From Syntrophorhabdaceae bacterium (GTDB lineage Bacteria > Desulfobacterota > Syntrophorhabdia > Syntrophorhabdales > Syntrophorhabdaceae): a stretch of 64,000 nucleotides of DNA. The stretch lies in contig OY762209.1 in assembly GCA_963665295.1 (NCBI GenBank), positions 992,001 to 1,056,000 on the forward strand, written 5' to 3'. The notes under the pieces were generated by a model. The model was not told the origin of the DNA, did not search any database, and worked only from the letters and a program-made list of their open reading frames with translations. Numbering within the stretch: position 1 is the stretch's first letter; each line of letters starts with the position of its first letter. Positions 10,770 through 19,039 of this stretch are shown piece after piece. The position numbers were made by a program, and so were the translations under genes.

Positions 10770-10828
10770 AAGAGTTGCATCCCCTGCGACTGTTTTTGTG
10801 TTCTGTAAGACCGTCCCGGCTTTCAGGC

Positions 10829-10876
10829 AAGAATATCCGCCCTCTGACCATTCATCGTCACGGGGCGGATATTCTT
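10829..10876. other. Strong inverted repeat upstream of cstA
   Basis: AAGAATATCCGCCC / GGGCGGATATTCTT form a perfect 14-bp stem, with a further inner TGAC/GTCA pairing. Confidence 0.6.
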
Positions 10877-10943
10877 AACCCGACTTCATGAAAGCAATAT
10901 AACAGATTTGCACAAAAATCGAGGGCTATCTGCCCTCCCCTCC

Positions 10944-10972
10944 GTATCCTTTTCATTGCCTGTTTCGTCTAA
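10944..10972 (+). promoter_or_regulatory. Candidate ECF-sigma promoter
   Basis: GTATCCTTTT...CGTCTAA. CGTC is a typical ECF -10 motif, and it precedes an operon that ends in an ECF sigma gene. Confidence 0.45.
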
Positions 10973-11041
10973 CAGGTAAAGGGCGTGGATTTCGAGGGTT
11001 CGGCGCCTATGGCGCTCCCTCGGTGGAAGGAGGCGAGGCAA

Positions 11042-11236
11042 ATGTGGTTCTGGTGTGGTACATGTTACAGCCTGTGGTGGATGTTCCCCATCATGTTCAT
11101 CCTGTGGGCGATAGTGATGTTTCTCGCCATGAGGGCCTTTTTCGCCGGTCGGCGCTCCTGCTGCACACCCTGGAAGGGATGCGGAATCAAGGATGACGGT
11201 TACGGGCATGAAAGACGGGCATCAAAGGAGGAGTGA
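11042..11236 (+). CDS. Small Cys-rich membrane protein
   Basis: AAGGAGG SD; MWFWCGTCYSLWWMFPIMFILWAIVMFLAMRAFF...RSCCTPWKGC has a CxxC, one TM helix and a CC pair. Confidence 0.6.
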   Translation: MWFWCGTCYSLWWMFPIMFILWAIVMFLAMRAFFAGRRSCCTPWKGCGIKDDGYGHERRASKEE

Positions 11237-11237
11237 A

Positions 11238-11540
11238 ATGAAGGACATGATGAAGATGATGGCGAACGGGTGAGGCGCCCCGGCATCGACGGCAGGCGCC
11301 GTCCCTGAAGGAGCACCGGAGACCTCCGATACAGGGGGCCTCTTTGATGAGTTGTTGAAATGTGTGGAGAAGAGGATCATGGAGTCGCTCAGGGAGCAGC
11401 GCGCGCCCGCGGAGATAGCCCGCCTACTCGGAATCTCCGAAAAGGCCATGGTCACGCTGGTTTACAGGATGGCGCAAAAAGGCAGTATCCGTATTACGGA
11501 AATAGAACCGGTGAAAGGAGATGGAAAGAATGAACGATGA
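11238..11540 (+). CDS. Small winged-helix-like protein with in-frame TGA at codon 12 (candidate selenocysteine)
   Basis: AAGGAGGAG SD then ATG 11238: MKDMMKMMANG-TGA(11271-11273)-GAPAST..., in frame with ORF 11352..11540 (PAEIARLLGISEKAMVTLVYRMAQKGSIRI, HTH-like). Confidence 0.6.
11274..11303 (+). promoter_or_regulatory. SECIS-like hairpin
   Basis: GACGGC-AGGC-GCCGTC perfect 6-bp stem (11288-11303); the loop starts 20 nt after the TGA and has G at its second position. Confidence 0.5.
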
Positions 11541-12033
11541 AGCGATCTGCGGAAAACAGGAAGCGTGTGCCGGGCCGGCCGGCTACGAGACGGTAAGGAT
11601 TGAAAAGACGAAGAACGTATGCCCCATGTGTGAGGACTATGCCCGGCAGCAGGCGTCGAAGGCAGTAGTGGTGATGTGCTGTGAAGGGGCATGTCTCAGG
11701 GGCGAGATTGCGAGACAGGCCGCGAACATCCTCTGCCACAGGCTCGCGCCCGAGAAGACCGTGAGGCTCTGCCTGGGCGGCGCTTTCACAAAAGACACAG
11801 GCCAGAGAAGCCTCGCGAGAAACGGCGCAAGGGTAATAGCCATCGAAGGTTGCTTTCTCGAATGCGCAAGCCGCATGATGAAAGGGGTGATCCCCGGCCT
11901 GGCCCCTGAAGTGGTGATCGCAGACAGGCTCTATGAGTTCGACCGCACCCTCTTCGGCATCGATCAAATGCCCGAAGACCGGATAAAGGTCCACGCCGGG
12001 GAAGTGGCAGCCAAGGTGCTCACTCTGTTATAA
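11521..12033 (+). CDS. Putative zinc-binding protein (DGC-domain family)
   Basis: CPMC, MCCEGACLRGEIARQAA, RLCLGG and IAIEGCFLECA motifs. Confidence 0.75.
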   Translation: MERMNDEAICGKQEACAGPAGYETVRIEKTKNVCPMCEDYARQQASKAVVVMCCEGACLRGEIARQAANILCHRLAPEKTVRLCLGGAFTKDTGQRSLARNGARVIAIEGCFLECASRMMKGVIPGLAPEVVIADRLYEFDRTLFGIDQMPEDRIKVHAGEVAAKVLTLL

Positions 12034-12043
12034 TGGTAGGTTA

Positions 12044-12604
12044 ATGGAGACGAAGCCGAGTTTCGAAGAGATTTACGAAACCCTTCACGTCAAGGTCCTC
12101 CGCTACCTGACAAAGCTCGTCGGGGAGGCGGAGGCCGAAGACGTAACCTAGGAGACTTTCGCAAAGATAAGCCGGTCCCTCGAAGGTTTCCGTGGACAAT
12201 CACAGCTCAACACATGGGTCTACAAGGTAGCCACCAACACGGCCCTGGACCGTCTCCGCAGCCGCGCCTTCAAGGACCCCGCAATAGTGAACATCGAAGA
12301 AATACCCGCAAGGACACCCACTGCCGAGCAACAGGCCATCCGCGAGGAAATGAACGCCTGCGTCCGCGGAGTGATCGACCAACTCCCCGACGACTACCGA
12401 ACCGCGATAGTCTTAAGCGACCTGGAAGGCTTCAAAGACGCCGAAATCGCCAAAATCCTGGGCCTCACCCTATCAACAACGAAAATCCGCCTCCACCGGG
12501 CAAGAACCCGCCTGAAACAGGAACTCTCCACCCGCTGCGTCTTCTACCGAAACGAAGAAAATGAGCTATCCTGCGACGTTAAGCCGGGAGCAGGTGAGAA
12601 ATAA
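12044..12604 (+). pseudogene. ECF RNA polymerase sigma factor with in-frame TAG at 12149-12151
   Basis: METKPSFEEIYETLHVKVLRYLTKLVGEAEAEDVT*ETFAKISRSLEGFRGQSQLNTWVYKVATNTALDRLR (region 2), in frame with region 4 in ORF 12287..12604 (LPDDYRTAIVL...EIAKILGLTLSTTKIRLHRAR). Confidence 0.85.
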
Positions 12605-12667
12605 CGGGAGCACAACAAGGCAATCAACCCTCCCCCATGACCCGTTATCCGGTCGGAAGGTTTTCTC

Positions 12668-12696
12668 TTGACTGGATCAAGTTCCATTGATATCAT
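12668..12696 (+). promoter_or_regulatory. Sigma70-type promoter upstream of the ATPase pair
   Basis: TTGACT-17 nt-TATCAT. Confidence 0.55.
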
Positions 12697-12850
12697 TCGA
12701 CTGTGTCACGGGTGTTTAGTGTTATTTTACGATGTTAGACTGACGCTCTATTCTCAAAAGGACACGGCGTTTGTCCATACTTGAGTTCTCTCATGTGGCG
12801 CCGGCAAATAACGTGCAACCGGACTTCAATTCAATCTGGAGGCAACGGTA

Positions 12851-14143
12851 ATGGCTAAGATAGATGGAATACGAATACAGAACTTTAGAGTCCTCAAAGA
12901 CGTAACCCTCGGAAAGCTTTGGAGTTTGCAACAGGCGGAGCCTCTAACCGCGATGACAGCCGTCATAGGAAAGAATGGAGTTGGTAAGAGTACGCTTTTT
13001 GACGCGTTTGGCTTTTTGTCCGATTGTCTCAAAAGTGGCGTAGAAGAAGCATGCGATCTGCGAGGGCGTGGCGGGTTCGACAAAATTCGTTCTCAAGGGC
13101 AGGACGGCCCCATTAAATTTGAGCTTTACTATAAAGAGGATGGCAATGCCCGTCCAATAACCTATGAGCTTTCCATAGACCTTGACCACATGCATCGCCC
13201 CTATGTTCAAGGAGAGCGACTGAGGCAACGGCGAAAGGGGCAAAAACACGGTTGGCCCTTTTCGTTCCTTATGCTTGACAATGGCCGTGGGGTCGCTTGG
13301 AAGGGAGAGGAGGAAGGTCGTCAGATTGATGAGGGCAAGGGCGATTTTGATCCGTCAGAGTTCATTAGAACAATCATAGAAGAATATGGCAAGGAAGAGA
13401 GCAGGGAAACCGAGGTAGTGGAATTGGAGGACATGAGGAAACTTGGCATCGCTACCCTCGGGTCGCTGAAACAACACCCCCGTATCTCAGCTTTTCGACG
13501 CTTTATGGAAGGTTGGTACCTCAGTTATTTTACCCCGGACGCTGCCCGAAGTCTACCTCTCGCTGGCCCACAAAGGCATCTCAACATTCACGGCGATAAT
13601 TTGGGAAATGTGGTTCAGTTTATGGAGAGGGAACATCCTAAAAAATTCAGAGCGATCTTGGATCAGATTGCAGCGAAAATCCCCGGCATCAATAAGATAG
13701 ATACCGAGAAGACGCCCGATGGGCGACTCCTTCTTCGCTTCAACGATAAGGGATTTTCAGATCCATTCTATGCGCAACAAATGTCCGATGGGACTTTAAA
13801 GGTGTTTGCGTATTATTTGCTGCTTGAAGACCCTACGCCTCCACCATTTTTATGCATTGAGGAGCCGGAAAATGGCCTTTATCACAAGCTGTTGGAATCG
13901 TTAGCAAAAGAATTCCGAGACCATGCCACTGGCCAAAAAGGCGGTTCGCAGATTTTCATCACTACTCACCAACCGTACTTCGTCAACGCTCTCGCCCCCG
14001 AGGAGGTGTGGATTCTAGACAAAATCGGTGATGGTTTTTCAACAATCCGTAGAGCAAGTGCCGACGCCCTTGTGTCCAACATGGTTAACGAGGGATTGCC
14101 GCTAGGTGGTCTATGGTATAGTGATTACTTGGATATACGGTGA
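12851..14143 (+). CDS. ABC-type ATPase (AAA_21/AAA_15-like), non-transport
   Basis: IQNFRVL, Walker A GKNGVGKST, signature MSDGTLK, Walker B IEEPENGL, ITTHQP; no TM segments. Confidence 0.9.
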   Translation: MAKIDGIRIQNFRVLKDVTLGKLWSLQQAEPLTAMTAVIGKNGVGKSTLFDAFGFLSDCLKSGVEEACDLRGRGGFDKIRSQGQDGPIKFELYYKEDGNARPITYELSIDLDHMHRPYVQGERLRQRRKGQKHGWPFSFLMLDNGRGVAWKGEEEGRQIDEGKGDFDPSEFIRTIIEEYGKEESRETEVVELEDMRKLGIATLGSLKQHPRISAFRRFMEGWYLSYFTPDAARSLPLAGPQRHLNIHGDNLGNVVQFMEREHPKKFRAILDQIAAKIPGINKIDTEKTPDGRLLLRFNDKGFSDPFYAQQMSDGTLKVFAYYLLLEDPTPPPFLCIEEPENGLYHKLLESLAKEFRDHATGQKGGSQIFITTHQPYFVNALAPEEVWILDKIGDGFSTIRRASADALVSNMVNEGLPLGGLWYSDYLDIR

Positions 14144-14147
14144 TATT

Positions 14148-14840
14148 GTGCACTTTGAAATCCTCGTTGAAGATACTTCGGGAAAAAGACTTCTTGAGGC
14201 GCTGGTCCCAAAGATACTAGGCGCGAACGGTGGACCTCATACATGGCGCATCATTTCATACAAAGGCATTGGACACATACCGAAGGATTTGCGGGGCAAA
14301 CTTGATCCGTCAAAAAGGGTACTACTCGACCAACTGCCAAGATTGCTGGCAGGCTATGGGAATACGTATCCGAACGGTCTACATGATACAGTTGTGGTCG
14401 TGGTTATAGACTGTGACGACAAGAAGTGCGATACTTTTCTCTCTGATCTGAATCAAATTTTGAACATCTCCATCTCTAAACCTGAGACATTATTTAGACT
14501 GGCGATTGAGGAATGTGAAGCGTGGTTGTTAGGAGACAGGGCAGCGGTTACACAAGCGTATCCTCGAGCAAAGAAGACAGTCCTTGATGGATACATTCAG
14601 GATTCGATCTGTGGCACGTGGGAGAAGCTGGCCGATGCCATTTATCCAGGTGGAGCAAAGGCCCTCGAGGGAAGGCCTTATTTTGAGGTTGGTACCGTAA
14701 AATGCGAGTGGGCTGAACGAATCGGTCAATACATTAACGTTGAAACGAACGCATCATATAGTTTCGGTAAACTCCGTGATGGCTTGAGGAAGCTTGCCGG
14801 GAAAGCAAGGGACACGAACCGAGAACTGCAAAGGACATAG
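14148..14840 (+). CDS. DUF4276-like / TOPRIM-like protein
   Basis: GTG 4 nt after the ATPase stop; ILVED, VIDCDD (DxD), IEECEAWLLGD and C-terminal SYSF motifs. Confidence 0.7.
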   Translation: MHFEILVEDTSGKRLLEALVPKILGANGGPHTWRIISYKGIGHIPKDLRGKLDPSKRVLLDQLPRLLAGYGNTYPNGLHDTVVVVVIDCDDKKCDTFLSDLNQILNISISKPETLFRLAIEECEAWLLGDRAAVTQAYPRAKKTVLDGYIQDSICGTWEKLADAIYPGGAKALEGRPYFEVGTVKCEWAERIGQYINVETNASYSFGKLRDGLRKLAGKARDTNRELQRT

Positions 14841-15204
14841 TCAGGGATTGAACTGGACAGACTGATCCGCCGAAGTATTGTCACAAACCTTGCCAAGCCG
14901 GCCTTTATTTCCGGCATCGATCAATTGAAAATAAATAAGATGTGCCGGGTGGTGTAGGCGGGGGCATGGGACGGGGACTTCAGATTCGTTGTTCTGTGAG
15001 GGTTCGCAGGGCGTCGTCGTACTCAAGTACGACAGAGCACGCGTACCCTTGCAGAGCGGCGGAGATGGAGTTTCCGTTCTATGCCCCCACCTGCCCACTG
15101 AAACTAAACGACTAAACAGACTTAAACCAAACAAATCACGCCCATCGCTCCAAGCCGCTGCCGCTCTTCTAACCTGCCTCTCCCGCCGCTGCGCTCGTGC
15201 TGCC

Positions 15205-16332
15205 TTAGAAGGGCTTTTCTTCGGTTTCCAGCTTGAACTGGGACTGCTTCTTTTCTACCTCGTCTTTCTTTACCTCGGACATCTTTATCCTCAGCCTTAC
15301 GTCGTTCGGGCTGTCCGCGTAGGCTATGGCGGCGTCGTAGTCTATTCTGCCCGCCATGTAGAGGTCGAAGATATGCTGGTCGAAGGTCTGCATGCCCTCA
15401 TGGTAGGCAAGGGCCATGGCTTCCTTCAGGAGGTCTATCTCGCCCTTCAGGATGAGGTCCTTGACCCTCGGCGTGTCGAGGAGCACTTCTATGGCCGCCA
15501 CCCTCTTCCGGTCCACCGTGGGTATCAGCCTCTGGGAGATAATGGCCCTCAGGTTGAGGGAAAGCTGCATATATATCTGCAGGTGCCGCTCTATGGGGAA
15601 AAAATTGAGTATCCTCTCCATGGCCTGGTTCGCGTTATTCGAGTGGAGGGTCGCAAGGGCAAGGTGGCCCGTTTCCGCGAAGGTTATGGCATGCTCCATG
15701 GTCTCTGCGTCCCTTATCTCCCCTATGAGTATCACGTCCGGCGCCTGGCGCAGCATGTTCTTCAGGGCGTTGGCGAAGGAGTGGGTATCGAAGCCCACTT
15801 CACGCTGGGTGACCACGCTCATCTTATGGGGGTGGACGAACTCTATGGGGTCCTCTATGGTGATGATATGGCCGCTCTCAGTGGAATTCCTGTGGTCGAG
15901 CATGGCCGCGAGACTCGTCGACTTTCCGCTCCCCGTGGCGCCCACCACAAGGACCAGGCCTCGCTTGGTCATCACTATATCCTTCATGATATTAGGCAGA
16001 CCCAACTCATCGACGGTCTGGATGCGTATCTTTATCTGCCTGATGACGAGGCCCGTAAAGCTCCTCTGCCGGAATATGTTGACCCTGAACCGTCCCATGT
16101 CAGGATAATAGAGGGCAAGGTTCATTTCAAGATCTTCCTCGTAGGCCTTCCTCTGCCGCTCGCTCATGATGCCTACGGCGATGGCCTCCGTCTCCTCACG
16201 GGTCAGCGCTTCGCCGCCGTACGGCCCGACCCTCCCTTCGATACGGAACATGGGCGGGGCGCCCACGGTAAGGTAGATATCGGACGCGTCATTGTCCACC
16301 ATGTGCTTCAGGTAGTCTTTAAGGGTTGCCAC
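15205..16332 (-). CDS. pilU: Type IV pilus retraction ATPase PilU
   Basis: GATGSGKSTSLAAM, TIEDPIEF, LRQAPDVILIGEIRD, ATLHSNNANQ. Confidence 0.92.
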   Translation of the reverse strand: MATLKDYLKHMVDNDASDIYLTVGAPPMFRIEGRVGPYGGEALTREETEAIAVGIMSERQRKAYEEDLEMNLALYYPDMGRFRVNIFRQRSFTGLVIRQIKIRIQTVDELGLPNIMKDIVMTKRGLVLVVGATGSGKSTSLAAMLDHRNSTESGHIITIEDPIEFVHPHKMSVVTQREVGFDTHSFANALKNMLRQAPDVILIGEIRDAETMEHAITFAETGHLALATLHSNNANQAMERILNFFPIERHLQIYMQLSLNLRAIISQRLIPTVDRKRVAAIEVLLDTPRVKDLILKGEIDLLKEAMALAYHEGMQTFDQHIFDLYMAGRIDYDAAIAYADSPNDVRLRIKMSEVKKDEVEKKQSQFKLETEEKPF

Positions 16333-16335
16333 GGG

Positions 16336-17370
16336 TCACCTCAACGCCTTCGACAGGTAGAAAGAGACCTCTTCCCTGGTCACGAGGTTCCTCGCCATGA
16401 GGTCCTGCACCGAGGACTCCATGGTCTGCATCCCCTGGGCCTTGCTCGTCTGCATGCTGGAGAGGATCTGGAAGATCTTGCCCTCCCTTATGAGGTTTCT
16501 CACCGCGGGACTCCCGAGGAGTATCTCGAAGGCCGCAATCCTGCCCCTGCCGTCTTTCCTCTTGAAAAGGGCCTGGGTGATGACGGCCTGCATGGACTCG
16601 GCGAACATGGACCTCACCTGGTTCTGCTGGGCTGCGGGGAAAACATCGATCACCCTGTCCACCGTGCTCGGCGCGCCGCTCGTATGGAGGGTCCCGAAAA
16701 CGAGGTGCCCTGTTTCCGCCGCGGTCAGGGCGAGAGAGATGGTCTCCAGGTCCCTGAGTTCACCCACGAGGATCACGTCCGGGTCCTCCCGGAGCGCGCT
16801 TCTCAGGGCATTGGCAAAGCTCCTTGTATGGGGGCCGAGTTCCCTCTGGTTCATGAGACAGCTCTTCGACTGGTGGACAAACTCTATGGGGTCTTCTATG
16901 GTGATGATATGGCCCTTGCTCTCCGTATTAATGAGGTCTATCATGGTGGCGAGGGTCGTCGATTTTCCACTGCCCGTGGGGCCCGTAACAAGGACAAGGC
17001 CCTTTTCGAGACGGGCGATATCCATCATGACCTTGGGAAGGCCCAGATCCTCGAAAGAGGGGATGTGGTTGGGTATGGACCTGAAAACGGCCGCATCCCC
17101 GCGCTCCTGCTTGAAAACGTTTCCCCTGAACCTGCCGTATTCGCCGAGGGCGAAGGAGAAGTCCAGCTCCAGGTGCTCCTCGTACGCCTTCCGCTGCTGA
17201 TCGTTCAGGATACCGTATATCATGTTATGGACCGTCTCCCTGTCGAGGTTCGGCATGTCGACCTTCCGCATCTCGCCGTTTATCCTCACAAAGGGCTGCT
17301 CGCCCGCGCTCACATGGAGATCCGATCCATGATTTTCCACTGCAAAGATCAATAATTCCGAAATATCCAC
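16336..17370 (-). CDS. pilT: Type IV pilus retraction ATPase PilT
   Basis: GPTGSGKSTT, ALREDPDVILVGELRD, GTLHT, AVRNLIRE. Confidence 0.95.
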   Translation of the reverse strand: MDISELLIFAVENHGSDLHVSAGEQPFVRINGEMRKVDMPNLDRETVHNMIYGILNDQQRKAYEEHLELDFSFALGEYGRFRGNVFKQERGDAAVFRSIPNHIPSFEDLGLPKVMMDIARLEKGLVLVTGPTGSGKSTTLATMIDLINTESKGHIITIEDPIEFVHQSKSCLMNQRELGPHTRSFANALRSALREDPDVILVGELRDLETISLALTAAETGHLVFGTLHTSGAPSTVDRVIDVFPAAQQNQVRSMFAESMQAVITQALFKRKDGRGRIAAFEILLGSPAVRNLIREGKIFQILSSMQTSKAQGMQTMESSVQDLMARNLVTREEVSFYLSKALR

Positions 17371-17379
17371 ACAGGCCTC

Positions 17380-18462
17380 CTAGTGTAGTGTCTCAGTAAC
17401 GCCTTTACAGCGATTCACTTTTTCAAGTATCTCCTCGGCCTTCCTGGTCCATACGAAGGGTTTGGGGTCTTCGTTGTTGCAGCGAATATATTCTTCGATG
17501 GCGGTCACCAGTTCCTGAACGCTTTTGAAGATGCCGCGACGAATTCTCTTTCGTGTGATCTCCCCGAACCAGCGCTCCACCAGGTTAAGCCACGACGAGC
17601 TTGTGGGTGTAAAGTGGGGAACGAAACGGGGGTGTTTTTCGAGCCATGCTTTCACATTGGGGTGGGTATGAGTTCCGTAGTTGTCGAGAATCATATGGAC
17701 ATCGAGGCCCTTTGGCACCTGACGGTCTATGGTACGCAGGAACTTAAGAAATTCGGTATTTCTGTGGCGGGGATAGCAGGAGCCTATGACTTTTCCTTCC
17801 AGAACATTGAGGGCGGCAAAAAGACAGGTAGTGCCGTTCCTTTTGTAGTCGTGGGTCATCGTGCCGCAGCGCCCCTTCTTCATCGGTAATCCCGGCTGGG
17901 TCCGGTCCAGGGCCTGCACCTGGCTTTTCTCATCCACACAGAGTACCACCGCTTTGTCGGGAGGATTGAGATAGACGCCCACCACATCGGTCAGTTTCTC
18001 CACGAACTTCTTGTCTCTGGACAGCTTGAAAGTTTCTACCCGATGGGGCTGTAGTCCATGGGCATCCCAGATGCGCTGCACGGTGGCATGGCTCACGCCC
18101 TTCTCCTTTGCCATGGTGCGGGTGGACCACTGAGTAGCATCTTTGGGAGTTGTATGGAGCGTGGCTTCCACGATGGTGCGCACTATCTCCGGGTTAAGGC
18201 GCCTTGAACTCGGCCCATGGGGTGCGTCCTCCGACAAACCGGAGGGGCCCTGTTCTCTGAAGCGGCCTACCCACAATATCACCGTAGGGCGGGAGGTATT
18301 GAGCCTCTTCGCTATGGCGTTATGGGACATCCCTTCTGCCGCGAGCAGGCAGATGCGGGAGCGTAGAACCACCCTTTGGGGAGTCTTCTTTGCTTTGACC
18401 CATGTTTCCAATGTCTTTCTCTGCTCTTCCGTCATGTCTAGCGTACTGGCTGGATTCCACAT
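17380..18462 (-). CDS. IS630 transposase
   Basis: N-terminal HTH; DDE motifs CVDEKSQ, ILDNYGTH, WLNLVERWF; single uninterrupted ORF. Confidence 0.95.
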   Translation of the reverse strand: MWNPASTLDMTEEQRKTLETWVKAKKTPQRVVLRSRICLLAAEGMSHNAIAKRLNTSRPTVILWVGRFREQGPSGLSEDAPHGPSSRRLNPEIVRTIVEATLHTTPKDATQWSTRTMAKEKGVSHATVQRIWDAHGLQPHRVETFKLSRDKKFVEKLTDVVGVYLNPPDKAVVLCVDEKSQVQALDRTQPGLPMKKGRCGTMTHDYKRNGTTCLFAALNVLEGKVIGSCYPRHRNTEFLKFLRTIDRQVPKGLDVHMILDNYGTHTHPNVKAWLEKHPRFVPHFTPTSSSWLNLVERWFGEITRKRIRRGIFKSVQELVTAIEEYIRCNNEDPKPFVWTRKAEEILEKVNRCKGVTETLH

Positions 18463-18517
18463 GCACTATGATAGCATAGCCAAGGGTAATTGTAAAGCTA
18501 TTAGTGAGACAGTACAC
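17383..18517 (-). mobile_element. IS630-family insertion sequence
   Basis: Imperfect terminal inverted repeats GTGTAGTGTCTCAGTAACGCCTTTACA and (reverse complement) GTGTACTGTCTCACTAATAGCTTTACA, flanked by duplicated TA (17381-17382, 18518-18519) within a CTAG target. Confidence 0.92.
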
Positions 18518-19035
18518 TAGCTTTCCAGCGCTGCCACCTCTTTAACTGTCGGCAGGTCGGCGATATTCTTTAGGCCATAGGTCTCAAGAAATATCTTCGT
18601 CGTCCTGAACACCATGGGTGCGCCCGCGTCTTCGAGTCTCCCCCCAAGCTCGATCAGCCTCCTTTCAAGGAGGTGCTTGATGGTGCGGGCCGAGTCCACG
18701 CCCCTCACCCGGTCAATATCCCGTTTCGAGACAGGCTGCTTGTACGCGATAATAGCGAGGGTCTCGAGGAGGGACCTTGTGAGCCCGGCTTCCTTTTCCC
18801 TCACGAACCTCTTTACCCAGTCCCTGTAATCGACCTTCGTCCTCATCTGGTATCCGCCCGAGACCTCCGAAATGGCGACCGCCCTGTCTGACCGGTTGTA
18901 TTCGTCAATGAGACTTTCCAGCGCACCGGCCACGTCGTCCGGAGGGAAATCATTCAATTTTTTCGTGAGATACCGGAGCGTAACGGGGCGCGCCGAAGAG
19001 AAGAGCACTGCTTCTATAATCCTTTTCAGTTCCAT
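18517..19035 (-). CDS. scpB: SMC-Scp complex subunit ScpB
   Basis: IIEAVLF, GGYQMRTK, LETLAIIAYKQPV, IDRVRGVDS, FLETYGL...LP. Confidence 0.93.
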   Translation of the reverse strand: MELKRIIEAVLFSSARPVTLRYLTKKLNDFPPDDVAGALESLIDEYNRSDRAVAISEVSGGYQMRTKVDYRDWVKRFVREKEAGLTRSLLETLAIIAYKQPVSKRDIDRVRGVDSARTIKHLLERRLIELGGRLEDAGAPMVFRTTKIFLETYGLKNIADLPTVKEVAALES

Positions 19036-19039
19036 CTGT

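Noticed and set aside
12149..12151. Pyrrolysine or TAG-to-Gln recoding in the ECF sigma gene
   Set aside because: TAG is an ordinary stop for other genes here (scpB, queH, DUF4276-like), no pyl genes are in the window, and a single CAG>TAG change explains it.
12598..12740. Possible integron attC site (ATAACGGG...CCCGTTAT, nearby GTTAGAC)
   Set aside because: Too short, core sites fit poorly, and there is no integrase or second site after the ATPase pair.
14989..17355. Long plus-strand 788 aa ORF, and similar ones (4091..6022, 50227..51930, 33960..35213)
   Set aside because: Antisense shadows of well-supported genes, expected in GC-rich DNA; no recognisable motifs.
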